Of a stretch of 41,312 bases of DNA, positions 13,612-26,892 are shown one piece after another (within the stretch, counting starts at the first letter, position 1; every line of letters begins with the position of its first letter). A model generated the notes under the pieces. That model worked only from the letters and a program-made list of their open reading frames with translations. It was not told the origin of the DNA and searched no databases. Source of the stretch: Paramecium tetraurelia (Eukaryota). The position numbers were made by a program, and so were the translations under genes. Location of the stretch: contig CT868005.1 of the NCBI GenBank assembly GCA_000165425.1, forward strand, positions 248,001-289,312. The letters are read 5' to 3'.

Positions 13612-13836
13612 TTAATTTATCATACTATTATAAATATAATTATGTGATTATTTTCAATCAAGAAATCTTAGCTGCTTGTCTTCGATTCTTCTGATAAACC
13701 AATAGGCTCTTCGTTACAGTAGTAAAGATCATGGATTCACACATTTTTGATGTTAATCTTGAACAATTGAGACTGGGGTATTTAGAGATGCTATTAATAA
13801 TTTACGATATAATTTATATGAATTAATATGTAAATA

Positions 13837-15046
13837 ATGTTATTAATTTTGCTTTTTATATAAGTAAATTCGTATTTAGATGCTAATAAAATTAAATACG
13901 CTGTTGATGCAGGCAATCAATATTATTATAAGGACAGGCAAAAGATATTATATCGCTATGATCAAAATTATAAGGGCGGCTAACAATAAATGTTCTATTA
14001 AAAGGTAACCTCAGATTAAAATCATCATTTGATACCTCTTCAATATTTGGATTATTATGTATTCTAAACATCGAGAACGGTATCCAGCGAGCAAGACTTT
14101 TTTAAGTATTCGATTACCATGAGGCTGAATGGGAATTACACTTTAATTTTATGTTTCATTGAAGTATAAACTAATTTTATAATAATATAGTCAGAACAAA
14201 GATCGGCTCGCTTTTTCGATATCTATTTGGAGGATGAACTAATAAAGGAGTAGTTTGATATTTACAAGGAAGCAGGGGGAATCAATATTCCACTATATTT
14301 TGCTTTTGAATTTGAATTTGATGGAAAAAACATTACAGCAAATCGCAAAACGATATATCAGATGAGCGATAATAAGCTGCATTTCGATCTGACCTTCAAA
14401 GGCAAAGGATCCTCTGTCAGTGCAATCATATTGTATTAAGGCAAAATAGAAGATATCCTAATTGACTTAGAGAGTGCATTACTTTCTAAAGATTAAATCG
14501 AAGCTACTTTCATCAATTAAATTGAATTCATCAAAGCACTGAAATAGAAAGCAGCTCGCTATGCTCATAAATAGAAAGGGAAAGGCAATGAAAATGTAAA
14601 TACTTTGATGAACTAATACCTCAGTCCATTTCAGAAATTGATCAATAATTTCGATATCGGAAATAATGTGTATAATGAGATTTCAAATGGTTTAGATCCA
14701 TCTCCTTTAGAATTGTTTTTAGATGCTTTATTAAATGTAATCTATCGAATAATATTTAGAATATTTTGGTTCCATTGGGGAGTGTGTTATTTCAAATTAT
14801 AGATTTCATTTTGGATAATAAAATTCTCACTACAATTTTAATGACTAATTTAATATTGTATTATTATTGTTTTGGTAACGATAAAACCATGTTTGCCAAT
14901 GTTCCTGTGGGATTAGTAAGAATTATTTTAACAATATTTAGGTTTTAGACCCAGAGGTTGATAGTGAAATGGAGATCAATTATAATGCATAGTCACCAAA
15001 ATCGAGACATGTTAATGTATTGAAATCAAAAAAAAAGAAGAAATGA
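13837..15046 (+). CDS. malectin-domain type I membrane protein (signal peptide, malectin, hydrophobic segment, Lys-rich tail)
   Basis: MLLILLFIQVNS leader. IKYAVDAG...VFQTSR...FKYSI...GNYTLILCFIE|...RFFDIYL...FDIYKEAGG...VSAIILYQG follows the malectin motif order. Three short introns. Ends KSKKKKK* (TGA 15044-15046). Confidence 0.8.
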
Positions 15047-15080
15047 TTTATAAAAATATTTTTAATAAAATTACAATTTA

Positions 15081-15976
15081 ATGAGAAATAACAGCTAGTA
15101 AAAGGAGAGTATTTCACAATTAAAGGAAGTAATTAAATTTAATTTATTTTTAAGACAATTCACAAATTGTAGTAGAGAGAGGCTTCTTAGAGATTTGAAA
15201 TAGTGAAATTAAAAAAATTATTAGTTGAGAGAAATTAAGAATATAAGTTAGTATCAGATTAATTATAAGAACTACAAAGAATTTAACAAAGAGTAAGATA
15301 TATGATGTTATTGCTAGGATAACCAATATATATTAAAAATAGACAACTATGTTTCTAATTTGAAAAAGAAGCTGTAAAAAGCAAACATCAAAATTGAGTC
15401 ACTCGAATCAAAGTTCTCCTCTTCGAGAGTTAAATAAAATATATCAAATGACGATTCCTTTAATGGAAATGACTCCTTTTAAACAGAGCCTACCACAATT
15501 TCCACTAAATAACCAATCCTTAAATAAACCTCTAATCGTTCAAATTAACCTTATTCTGTTAATAAACCAAAATTAATTTGTAAACCTATTAAGGTGTAAT
15601 TACCCTATCCAAACACTAGTTTCACAGAAAATTAAGAAATATCAGAAAATAGCTCTCTCATTAAACCAAGAGCATTATAAGAATAAATTCTTAACAGAAT
15701 CCTAGATGACGAAGAATTTATAAATAGTTTCTCTCATTAATGTGGATAAATGCAGACAGATTTGTTCTCCTATTATAAAAATTAGACTCAACCTCTTAGT
15801 TTTGCATGTAATTCAAGATAGAGTAGTTTCAGTTTTGCAAATAGTGAAAAAAAGTAGAATCAGAATGTTAAGTAATAGAAATAATCTAATCGATAATGTA
15901 AGCATATTTAATTAAGGTTTTAGATCATTCTATGTCTATCGACGAGAAGGAAAACAATAATAAATATTTTAATTGA
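15081..15976 (+). CDS. hypothetical coiled-coil protein
   Basis: ATG 15081. Continuous frame after removing three 25-26 nt GT-AG introns. N-terminal heptad-rich helix. TGA 15974-15976. Confidence 0.65.
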
Positions 15977-16041
15977 TTAAACTAGTTGTTTTACATTATA
16001 AATATATAAACTAATTTTAAAAACATATCTTTAATATTTAA

Positions 16042-17719
16042 TCATTTTTACATATTGTTTTCCCTAATCGCAACATTGTGAGTATTTTACTGTTGCCAAT
16101 TATTAATAATATTTTCATTATATATATTGGTTTAATTTTATTTAGGTGTTAATAATTGAGCATAGGCTAAACTTGGAGTAAAGCTATTGTTTCTAGTAGT
16201 CATTGACGTTGATTAATTTATGGTTCCAATAAGATTTAAGTTTAGAGAAGGAATAGTCTTTTTTACTCTCTCTGTCTTTGGAGCGATATCCTTTTTGTTG
16301 GATATTAGTTTTTTCATATCCAATATTTACACATGTTTCTAATGTTGCGAGGAATTGTTGTTTTTTTGTTAACGTTGATTCTAATCTTGAGATCTTTTGG
16401 GATTTGTTTTGTTTTGAAGTTTGTTAAAATTTAATTGTCTAAACGAATCAGGAATTTTGAGTATCTAATACAAGGCTTTTTGATCCAAAGAGAGTACTTA
16501 ATTACTATTATTTTGATTTTAAGTGGGTGTTTGTTTCGATTCATGACTTGATAGATTATTGCTTTTGATATTCTTCATTTCTTGGAGACTTTTAATTATT
16601 TTCATTTCAAGTTATTTGATTTCCTGAATTGCTTTATTTTGATCATTTTTTTTGGGTGAATTACTTTTTTTATTCCTCTCTTCTAATTTAAATTTTTTAC
16701 TATTAAGGTAATATTTGAATTTTATACATGAATTATTCTTTATTTTATTTGAAATCAATAATTTTGTCTCTTGAGATGGTTTAAGAGTGTTTATTTTAAA
16801 GTTTAGTTTAGACTAAATATGATAGCACAAATTACTTTAGTCAATCAATCTATTGGAATAAGATTATTGATATCTGGCCGATAAGGGCATTTTTGCTTCT
16901 TAAGGATTTTAGTGAGTTCTGGCAGACAAAGACAAGGCAAGTTCATCCAATTTAAGAGATTTCTTGCTCTGAGTCTTCTTCTTTTTAAACCATTAGTATT
17001 GCTGTTTTTGATTTGGAGAATCTGATTTTAGGTTTAGCAAACTTATCATTTATTGTATTTCACCCATAGGAGGAGATTCAGGGACTTATAATATGCGACT
17101 AATTTCTTAGGAGGGTTGAGGTTTCTTATTAGAGAAACTGATTTCTTTGAGAATGTTATCAACATTAACTTTGGATTATGGTTCAGAATTCTCAGATTAC
17201 GGTGTGGAATCGCTTAGTAAAGGTTTATCACCTACTATTCCTTTGGGTGGATCAGTTGGGTTCATTTAATTTTCAATTTCAATTTATCTTTAAATTTTGT
17301 AAAATTCAATTTTCCTTCGTTTATCATAATAATAATTGAGAATTTTGAGTATGGGATGTTTCAATACCCATCTTGGTAAATCTTTATGAAATTTGTAGAA
17401 TTCTGTAAGCAGTTTTGATTTGGGAGGATATTCATGCATTTCATAAAATCTTTTAATATATTCATCTTCTTCATCATAACATAGATAATCCTAGGGATAT
17501 ATTTGAATATTATACATGATATAGAATAGTTCTGGCAGTGGAAGTTTTGGATAATATTTCATTAATATCTTTGGTATAATAGTAGTTTTATGAAGTGGCG
17601 TATTTATGATAGAGAGTGTGTCTAATCATTTTATGCAGATTGATTTCACAAGGGAAATAGTTTTTGATATATCCTAGAGTTGTTCTCTTGTAGCAAAATT
17701 AGCAAGAATAATTAGACAT
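16042..17719 (-). CDS. ciliate hypothetical protein (aromatic-rich N-terminal domain, S/Q/K-rich tail)
   Basis: ATG 17719. Motif EYIKRFYEMHEYPPKSKLLTEFYKFHKDLPR...YYDKRRKIEFYKI, followed by a long low-complexity tail. TGA 16042-16044. Confidence 0.7.
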
Positions 17720-17759
17720 TTTAAAATTAAATATAAATAAATATAATATATTTCAAACA

Positions 17760-18204
17760 ATGTAAACAGTTTGGACCTTAATACATCCAACAAGGATAAG
17801 TGTGTAGAAGACTATAAAGAATTTATTGCCATCTGGTTAAGAATTTTTTGGTACTGTAATTAGAGACAGCAGAAATAAATCATGCAAAGTAATTTGATCT
17901 ATGGAAGCGACTAGGTTAAAGTAAGCTACAAATATTGGCATAAAAAATACAAGTCATACTTTGGCGATACATCTGAATTTATAGCACATGACGAAGACAA
18001 TTTTTGCAAAGTTGGCGATAAGGTGGTCATCAAACATTGCTAAAAAACAGGGGGCAAGTATTACTATGTAAGAAACGTGGTCATTCCAGTGGGTAGGAAT
18101 CAATCGGATGTGTAGGATGAGGTGATGAAAGAGCTCTAGTAATATTTGTTGCTTATAATTAAATTAGAAATATTAGAACTTAATTGGTTTAATCGGGGTT
18201 GTGA
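17760..18204 (+). CDS. MRPS17: mitochondrial ribosomal protein uS17
   Basis: FFGTVIRDSRNKSCK|VKVSYKYWHKKYKSY...FIAHDEDNFCKVGDKVVIKHC matches the bacterial-type S17 pattern and has an N-terminal extension. Two short introns. TGA 18202-18204. Confidence 0.85.
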
Positions 18205-18240
18205 TTTATTATTAATACATAAAAATATTTACAAATAATT

Positions 18241-18489
18241 ATGCAAGATTCTTTAAACTCAAGTCTCGACTCTCTGGAATTGGAGATTTTCCATAAGCCA
18301 AATCCTCAAATTAAATCCATCCTAGAATATTTACGCAATTAGAATGTCTAATTCTGTACGGATCCAAAAAAGAAATAAGATAATTATTACTCAAGTTCAA
18401 CTGAATCACTTGATTCTTACTCATTAAAGAAAAACAAATTTTTCCAGAAATGGAGATCAAGCACCTCAATCGAAAATCACGAAAATTGA
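18241..18489 (+). CDS. small hypothetical protein (82 aa)
   Basis: Single-exon ATG..TGA frame, MQDSLNSSLDSLELEIFHKPNPQIKSIL...ENHEN*. Confidence 0.6.
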
Positions 18490-18986
18490 TTCTCTATAAT
18501 CACTTTAACATATATAAATAATTTCTGAAACTTATAATACTGTCATCCTCATAACTTTTTATTTAAGGGTTGACTTTCAAAATCCTTATGAAAATACAGA
18601 AGATACAACTCAAATATTAACTCTTCAATAGATCAGTGTAAAAAACACTGATTTGTCAATCAGTACTTCATTTTTTTTTTTTATTTGCTTGCAATTAAAT
18701 TATTTTAATATAAACAGTTTATACTCTGCTTTATTATTAATCTAAAATTCTTTATTTAATTAATTACCCAAAGGGCTCTGGTCTGATATATCATTGAGTA
18801 TTGAAATGCATTATCATCAATCATATTCATTTGATAGATTTGTTGGTGTAAAATACTTCACTCATAATAAATTGTAAATTTGGATAGGATTGCAATGAGT
18901 CAAGAAATTATAAAATAAATTACCCGGCAAATCTGGTGTTTTTAATATTTCCCTCTATAATTTATTTAAATAATTAAAAAGATTAG

Positions 18987-19847
18987 ATGTTCGAAGCCAA
19001 GTTTGAAGACGGTGTCCTATTTAAAAAAATTGTGGAAGCAATCAAAGAATTGGTTAAAAATGTAAATCTTGAAGCCAATGGAACAGGAATCTCATTATAA
19101 GTATTATTTTGATCCAATCATCTTAAGGCTATGGATACATCTCATGTGGCTTTGGTGGCACTACAATTGAACGAGAAAGGATTTAAAAAATACAGATGTG
19201 AAAAATCTCTTACTATGGGTTTGAGCATTGAGAATTTATAAAAAATTTTGAAGTGCTCAGGAAATGATGATTAGATTACTCTTAGAACTCAAGAAGAAGA
19301 ACCTACAACATTATCATTCACTTTCGAATCAAAAAGTATGTTATTAATTAAATTCATACTAGATCGCATAAGTGAGTTCCAATTGAATTTGATGTCTTTG
19401 GATTAAGAACAATTAGGTGTTCCAGACACTGATTACTCTTCAGTTATCAAAATGCCATCCAATGAATTCACTAAGATTTGTAGAGAGTTGGGAAATATCA
19501 ATGAAGCAATTGGTATTGAGACATCTAAGGATGGAATCAAATTTTATGTGAAAGGAGACATTGGAGAGGGATAGGTTTCAGTTAAATCTAATGATGGCGA
19601 AAAGAAAGAGGAGAGAGTAGAATGCGATGTTGATGAACCTGTGAACTTAAGCTTTGCTGTTAGGTATACAATGCATTCTATTTCCTATAGATATTTCAAT
19701 TTGTTTAATAAGGCAGCCGCATTATCACCTTAAGTTATATTGTCTATGTCTCAAGATTAACCTTTGGTTATTGAATATTAAATTGAACAAATGGGATCAT
19801 TAAAATTGTATTTAGCTCCAAAAATAAATGATGATGAATAATAATGA
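18987..19847 (+). CDS. PCNA: proliferating cell nuclear antigen
   Basis: MFEAKF...LQ|AMDTSHVALV...YRCEK...EQLGVP...ICRELG...KDGIKF...YLAPKI. Three short introns. TGA 19845-19847. Confidence 0.97.
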
Positions 19848-19889
19848 ATAATTGTTTTTTAAAACATATTTTATATATTATTTCTTGTT

Positions 19890-20614
19890 ATGTAATCATA
19901 ATAAAAACAAGCAATTCAAGAAAGACGCAGAAGAAGTGGGGCTTTGCATGCTTAAACCTGTGAAGAATATTTAAAAGTACTAACAACCATAAAATATAAT
20001 ACAGAAATATGATTAAATTGGACAAATTAAAATAAGGGAAAGCTAAAGAAAAAAAAGTTTGTCAGAATCAGCGTTTCTTAATTTTGATTTCATACCAGCT
20101 GATGAGGGAGTTGAAGATATCACTCAATTGAAGATTTTTATCTACTCTCCAAAGTTAAAACTCAATGAATAAGAATTCTTGCAAATATTGAAACGAAATA
20201 GAAATCGTTCAATCACAACAGACAATATTCCCAAAAAATCCTTTACCTTCGATTTTGACTTCTTCTATAGAGAGTATGAAGTTAATGAATCTCAATTTGG
20301 ATTGCATTTCTGGATTTAAAACAACATCAAAAATAAGCATTCATCATTTTTTCAGTGTAATTAAATTGTATTACAAAAATTTTAGAATCTTATTATAAAG
20401 TATTTAATGCAGCAATTCTATTAGAAAGAGATGCAATTGTTGAGTAAGAGATCAGAACTGCTAACCCCAATTGCATGATTAAGATTTTCCCATTAGTAAG
20501 GAAATTATATATTTTAGATTGATGAGTTGCTGATGGAATCATTGTAGTCTATCATAGCAGAAGTAATTTATATTAAACATATAAAAGATATGCCACATTC
20601 ACATTAAATCTTGA
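19890..20614 (+). CDS. hypothetical protein resembling a degenerate Rab-like small GTPase fold
   Basis: ATG 19890, four short introns, TGA 20612-20614. LKIFIY...FDFDFFYREYEVNESQFGLHFWI...SYYKVFNAAILL resembles Rab beta1-beta4 but has no P-loop or DxxG. Confidence 0.6.
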
Positions 20615-21342
20615 TCTATTTATATAACTTATATAACAACCAATTTATTATCATATCATCTTTCCATCTCTTTATTCCTACTTCATATCTGCTCATTATG
20701 GATAACTTAATTAAGTTTTAGATTCACTTTTGAGTACTAATTACAAAAGAAAGATATTACAAGGTTGAAAGGAATAATTTGGAAAATCATTACTTAAGGA
20801 GCCTATTTAAATAAGCAAATTAGAATTATGATCATGTGCATTTACTAAATATTCAAGAAGTAATGATTTAAAAAAAAAATAAAAAAATTATTATTAGTTC
20901 GTTTTGTTTATTTTATACCTATATTAAACTAATTACACAATAAAGACTTATGAACATAAGATTGATGGAAATTTTATTTAGTTAAAAATGTAAAATAATC
21001 ATTATGAATTAACTAATCTAAATATTATGATATAATAGAAAATGAAATTTTTTTTTTAGAATTTCAGATTTATATTCAATATATATATTGACCTAAAAAG
21101 GATTTTTGATTACGTGATTTATCAAAATAACATTTTGTACATTTGCTGAGAACTAGGGTCCAGTTTGAAATTTTAAATAAGAAATTTATATAAAAAATGT
21201 TTAATAATTGATAAATTCTTTTGGAATAATTTTTTGAATTATTTAGATTAGTTCAGTCTAGTTAGACGGTTAGTAAAAATTTAAATACTCAGGAATATTA
21301 ATTATGTTATTTATATAATATTATGATTAATTATTATTGTCT

Positions 21343-21762
21343 ATGAAAAATTAAGCTGTACAGACAATCGAAACGGGTGCAATTTTTAGCTTTAAAGCTA
21401 TGGAAGAAATTGAACCAAAGAGATCAATATTACCAAAAAAGGTTGTCAAAAAGAGGATTAAATAACAGGAATCACAATTTATCGATGAACCACTTCCATA
21501 TTTAAAACCATTAAAATAAAATAACCAAATAAAGTTAAGACAGTTATTGCTACCGAACATTAAATTCTAATAAAAGCCATAAATGTCAAAGCGAAGTGAG
21601 CGATATTTGTCGATATAACAGAATTCTCAATAAAGTTCTAATTGCGTCATGTAACTAAGAAGATATTCTCATTATGATTTTATTTCCAGAACAGATAGAA
21701 CACTCTCATTATACCCCACGTAAAGTTTGGTAACTAGCAGAGCATATATAAAGTAAAATTGA
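21343..21762 (+). CDS. hypothetical basic protein (139 aa)
   Basis: Single-exon open frame, ATG 21343 to TGA 21760-21762. Confidence 0.62.
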
Positions 21763-21800
21763 AAATTATATCAAAATTATGATTTTTTTAGTAATTTAGT

Positions 21801-22448
21801 TCAGCGCTTTCTTTTTAATTTGGGTGTCTTGCTTATCGAGTACATTATCTTGGGGTTTTCGTCTTCGATATTATGTTCTGTGTGTTGATTTTGAGCGTAA
21901 TTTGTGAGATCTCTAAGTAAATGATTATTTTACCCCTAATTAGTCTTATCCTCTAAGATTCAAAAATAAATCGTAATATTACATATGAATTCTATCTGAA
22001 TATCTTGAGTTGACCCCATGATTTCCCATTCTCCATAAAGGAAATCATCCTTTCGGTAGTAAGAGTCCTTTTATTATAAGTATAATAATTTATAACAGCC
22101 TTCATACACATACAAGTTTAAATTTAAATAAAATTATTAACTACTGTCGTCCTAATTGTTTAAAGGGATCCTAACAGAATAAATCGCCAAAAATTACTAA
22201 AACTATTGATTCAATTTGGTCAATGTGTAATGCAGATCCTCTTTGAATTCCTTTAGATTTTGTAAATAAAGACAATCCTTCTTCCTGTTTAACTTGAATC
22301 CTTCCAAAATCACATTTACATCCATTGTCAAAGATATAACCTTATCCTAGTTCATCGAATGCAAGATAATTTGTTCAATGAAGAGATTACTATTAGGTAT
22401 GTCTAATCCCTATTCGATATTGGTGCAATTGCAACGAAAAAAATTCAT
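21801..22448 (-). CDS. hypothetical protein
   Basis: MNFFRCNCTNIEQ...LYGEWEIMG..., one 30-nt intron, ends KTPKLKRKR* (TGA 21801-21803). Confidence 0.65.
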
Positions 22449-22456
22449 TATTAAAA

Positions 22457-24337
22457 ATGTATAATAATAATAATTATTATAATAATCGGCAGACATTTTA
22501 GAATGTTGGCTATTAATCGATGAACACCTATAATAATGTACCTGCTGTCAATTAATAGTAGATCCTGGAGGAAGATTACAAGAGGTAACATTTATTTGAA
22601 TGATAGGCGATTACAATAGAGACAATAATATTTATCTATGTAATAACTGATATATGACTAGAACATGATGCTCAATCAACTAATGTATTAACAACAATAT
22701 TAATAATAAATGCAACAATATTAATAAAATTTGTAATATCAGCAATAATATTAAAAGCCGAATTAAAAGCCAATAAATGTTTAAATAAAATCAATTACTT
22801 TAAAACCATTAGAATATTATTCTTAGCAGATGAGCAGTATTCACTATCCTCCTTATGCTTAACCATACCCTTAAAGATAAGCTGTTGAAATTCCACCGAA
22901 AGATGAAAGGATCTATGGTTTAAAAAATGAAGTTTCGAAAAGAACTATTGAAGTGCAAACGGATGACAAAATAACTGAATATGAGAAATTCTTAAGAATG
23001 GGATTGGGTAATACTATCAATAAGCAATTTGATGATAATTGGGGACCAGAGAAAGATGAGCAAGCACTGTTAAAAGCACAGATGGATTAGAAGTATTAGG
23101 GCAACTTTGAAATGAATTTGAAAAATGAGAGAGAATTGAAAGAGAGAGAGAGAGAGTTGGAATAGGCAAAGTTATACTAAAGAAAAAGGTTTAAGCCTCC
23201 TGGAATGACGAAAGAGTAAAATTTGTATTTAATTTTCTTAGACAATGGGCAAAGATAAATTTTAAGATTTTTAGAGATCAATTTATTTATCTTGCATTGT
23301 ACTTTCATAGATTCAGAAAAAATCTAGATAGCAGGAAACAATAGGCTTTGAATTAGAAAGGTGAATAGGCTATTAAATGCTTATAAAACTTTTTAGAAAT
23401 GTTTTAAAAGAATTCAGCAAAAGTTATTGTTTAGTTTTCAAGTAATAAGGATAACTTAAATATTACTGATAAGAGAAAAATATTAGAAGCAGAAATGAAA
23501 TAGAGAAGATAGAATATTAAAAATCAAACAAAAAAATTGTTCCAAACTTTGATTTCAAATTTTAATGCAAAAGACATTAAACCAGAAACAATTGAATTCT
23601 TAGGATCTATATTTCATAACTTTGAATTTCCTATTTAAAACTTTTTGTTTCTTTTTGAAATAAATAGACTTAATTTTACTCATTTTGGTTAGTTGGATGG
23701 TATGACTGATATAAAAGCATAATGCTTATTAATAACATTAATTTTAATAAGAGTGTTTCTACTTAGAGTTATATTAAAGCCTTGGGCTGAATTTCCAGAT
23801 AGAGTTAAAAAGAAAGAGTTATTTGAATAAAATTGTTATATCGTAGGAAGTTTAATGTACGAGATCATAATGGATTTTCTAAAATCCAAATGGCTAAAAA
23901 AGTTGGGTAATTAATCTCATTTACCCTCTAAATATAAAACCTATCCTCGGCCTTTAGGACCATTGTTATCTGATAATTACTAATTGCCTGAAGATGTAGC
24001 AGAAGTGAGATAAATTAGATAATTGGAAGAGCCATTAATTATGGGTCTAACAAGTAGGGAAGACTTAAAGAGCATATTAGAGGATGATAAACCATTTTGC
24101 ATCGAACAATAAAATGTAATATAATAATGGGCTGAAAACATCTATAAGATAGTTCACTAAACTTATTTGCTAAAACAGAAACAAAGGAGAAAGGAGAGAT
24201 ATGAAAATAAAGTGAAATTTATTGAAATTGCCTTCTTTACTAAAGAGGAGGAGAAATAAAAACATTTAGAACTTGCATAATAAATTTATGAAAAATATGA
24301 ATCCACCTTACCTCAGCCAGAACAAGATCAAACATGA
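22457..24337 (+). CDS. hypothetical protein (N/Q/Y-rich N-terminus, coiled coil, helical C-terminal domain)
   Basis: ATG 22457, short intron near 22585, long open frame including an ERERE stretch, TGA 24335-24337. Confidence 0.72.
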
Positions 24338-24475
24338 ATTATTATATATTCAAACAGATTCTAATATATTAAAAGCAAACTTTTTGAATCCATAGCTTCA
24401 TATTGTCAATTGATACAATACTTCAGCATAGAATATAAATTTAATATTTTCAATGATTATTATGATTTTCAATTT

Positions 24476-24924
24476 TCATGTGTTTATGGTAAGCTTGGGA
24501 TAACTAATAATAAACTAATGGCTTATTTCAGGTTCTCTATATAGAGGATAACTGCTCAACAATATTTATCCAAAGTTGAGTATTGAAGAATTATTAGATT
24601 AATCTTGTGAGTGATTATCATTATTTCTTCTTTTTTAAATATCTTCATCATTAACCTCTTGTTTAATTATTTGGCTCTGCTCATTTTCTGATTTTCCTTA
24701 CTATTTTATTTTATATTACCTCTATGGCATTCACTCCCTTCCTATATTACCTATTAAAAATTCATTTAGTCTTGACCATTTAAAGGGGGTGGTTCTCTAC
24801 TTGAAACTTTATTCTATACAGGTTTAGTTCCTAATTAAATTGCAATCTGAGGTGGATTCTGACGTGCAGAAATTAATTGAAGAGTTTAATTATCTACTGT
24901 TTCGCTTATTTTACAAACTCCCAT
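24476..24924 (-). CDS. small hypothetical protein
   Basis: MGVCKISETVDN start. The frame continues to TGA 24476-24478 if a ~23-nt intron near 24697-24719 is removed. Confidence 0.4.
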
Positions 24925-25172
24925 ATGTCTTATAATTATAATAATATAAAATAAAGATTTATTTTCAAGATTGGTTAAATTATATTTAATGGATTTTATT
25001 AGGAATAGAGTTGGTCAATCCAGATTTTGATTAATTACAATTAACATAGATTTCAAGGGTCAAAATATTATCAAAGTTTGCTTTTATGGCTTTTTATTGA
25101 ATCCTTTATCAATATTGATATTAATTGATAAAGTTTTTAAACAATTATATTTAATTTTTTTTAACAGAATTA

Positions 25173-26802
25173 ATGAATTTAGCAATTTCATCAAGCTCAG
25201 AAGAAGAATCCTCTTATAATGCTAAAGAATAAGACAGAATATTAAAGAATTCAAATATTTTTAAATAGAAAGCCAACTCTCATTTGAACTGTTTAAAGCA
25301 TCCAAATAAAAAAGTATGAAGCTATTACAATTCTTATTTATAGGCTAAGTACTATGCCTAAAACGATAAGCGAACATTCTTTTGTTCTAAATGCGCCTTG
25401 AATTTGGCATTGAAGGGTCACAAAATAGAAGAAAGTGCTGGAACAGAATTAGAATTCCAAAGGCAAATGAGAATAAATTAATTTTAGGAATTGATGAAAT
25501 AAACCTTATTGGCTTGCAATTCTAAAATTATAGACTTAAATAACCTTTAGATTAGTCAAAAGTAATTGCTTGAAGATTAAAAAACTAATTGCATAAAATT
25601 TTTTGAATAGGTAATTGAAACAGCTCAATAATTAAAATTAACATACATACAAAAGTTTCAACATGATCATTCAAATTTAGAATAGAATATATTAGATTGT
25701 CAACAAGCTGTGACGAATTATGAGAAGCAATTGTAGTAATTTTAAATTGACATCGAAAAAAACCACACAAACATAGTTAAAAAGATGGAAATGAAGCCAT
25801 TTGATGATATAATGCAGAGATATGAGAAGAGAGTTAGAAACATTTAACAATTATTATCAGAAATGAAACTAGAATCTGGAGTAAAAATCAATTAGTTTGA
25901 TTAATCTTCAATTTTAACATTCATGAATAAAATGTGCTACAATATATTGTTGAATGATACATCATAATAATCAATTAAATCTAGAAGCAATTCAATCAAT
26001 TTTAATAATCCTTCGATTGATATGAAAGTATTTGATATCTTAGAAAATGACGATATCTACCAGAGCACATTCTCGAACACAATTAAAGATAGCAATAGCT
26101 AAAATCCACCATCTCCAATATCAAAATTGCCGATTTATAAAAGTAATGGATCTAATCCAATTTCAACAATCCAGAATTCAAGAAGAGAGAGCAACTCTAA
26201 TACCCCAGAAAGTTGGAATCATACCAATATCCAAAATTGTGATCAATAATCACAAATACCATAATAGGTCAATAGTCATAATGTTTAGTTTGAATGAGTA
26301 GCCAATTGCGATCAATCAATAATAGTAACCTAGTGAGAAGTTCAGTGTACAAGAAATTGTCAAATTGGAACAACCTAAAAATTTAGAAATAACTCCTTTG
26401 ATTCATTAGAAAAGTTAAACGATCTTGCCATAATCTATTAAGATTTATAATAGTTAAAGAAGTATAATAATCTGATATTTTCTAGATCAATATGATTCAA
26501 ACACAATTAATAAATCTTAAGATTAAAAATAAAGAAAAAAACAGCCCTCTGTGGATTAAATTGAATAGAAGAGATTTTATATCCTAAATCAGAATTAATA
26601 AAAGCCACAATCACAATAGTAAGAGGACACCTTGAAGGATAGAATTTTTAAAGAATTAAGTGGACATTCCAGTGAATCTGTTTACAATTAAGTATTAAAA
26701 ATAAATACTACATAATAAAAAACGAAAAAGGGAAAGGAGAACACTCAAATTGATTGGACAGGTAGTTTAAGAAATAAGCAAAATTTATTAGCAAAAAAAT
26801 GA
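25173..26802 (+). CDS. B-box-like zinc finger + coiled-coil protein
   Basis: CLKHPNKK|AKYY...FFCSKCALNLALKGHKIEE, followed by a long coiled coil and S/Q-rich tail. TGA 26800-26802. Confidence 0.72.
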
Positions 26803-26892
26803 GTAATTAAATTATCGATAATATACTTTTTTCCAATAGAAAATTACACTTTATATATTATATATACGTTATTTTAGCAAAGAATAATAAAT

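Noticed and set aside
23128..23157. (GA)n microsatellite
   Set aside because: It encodes an ERERE coiled-coil stretch within a gene and is not an independent element.
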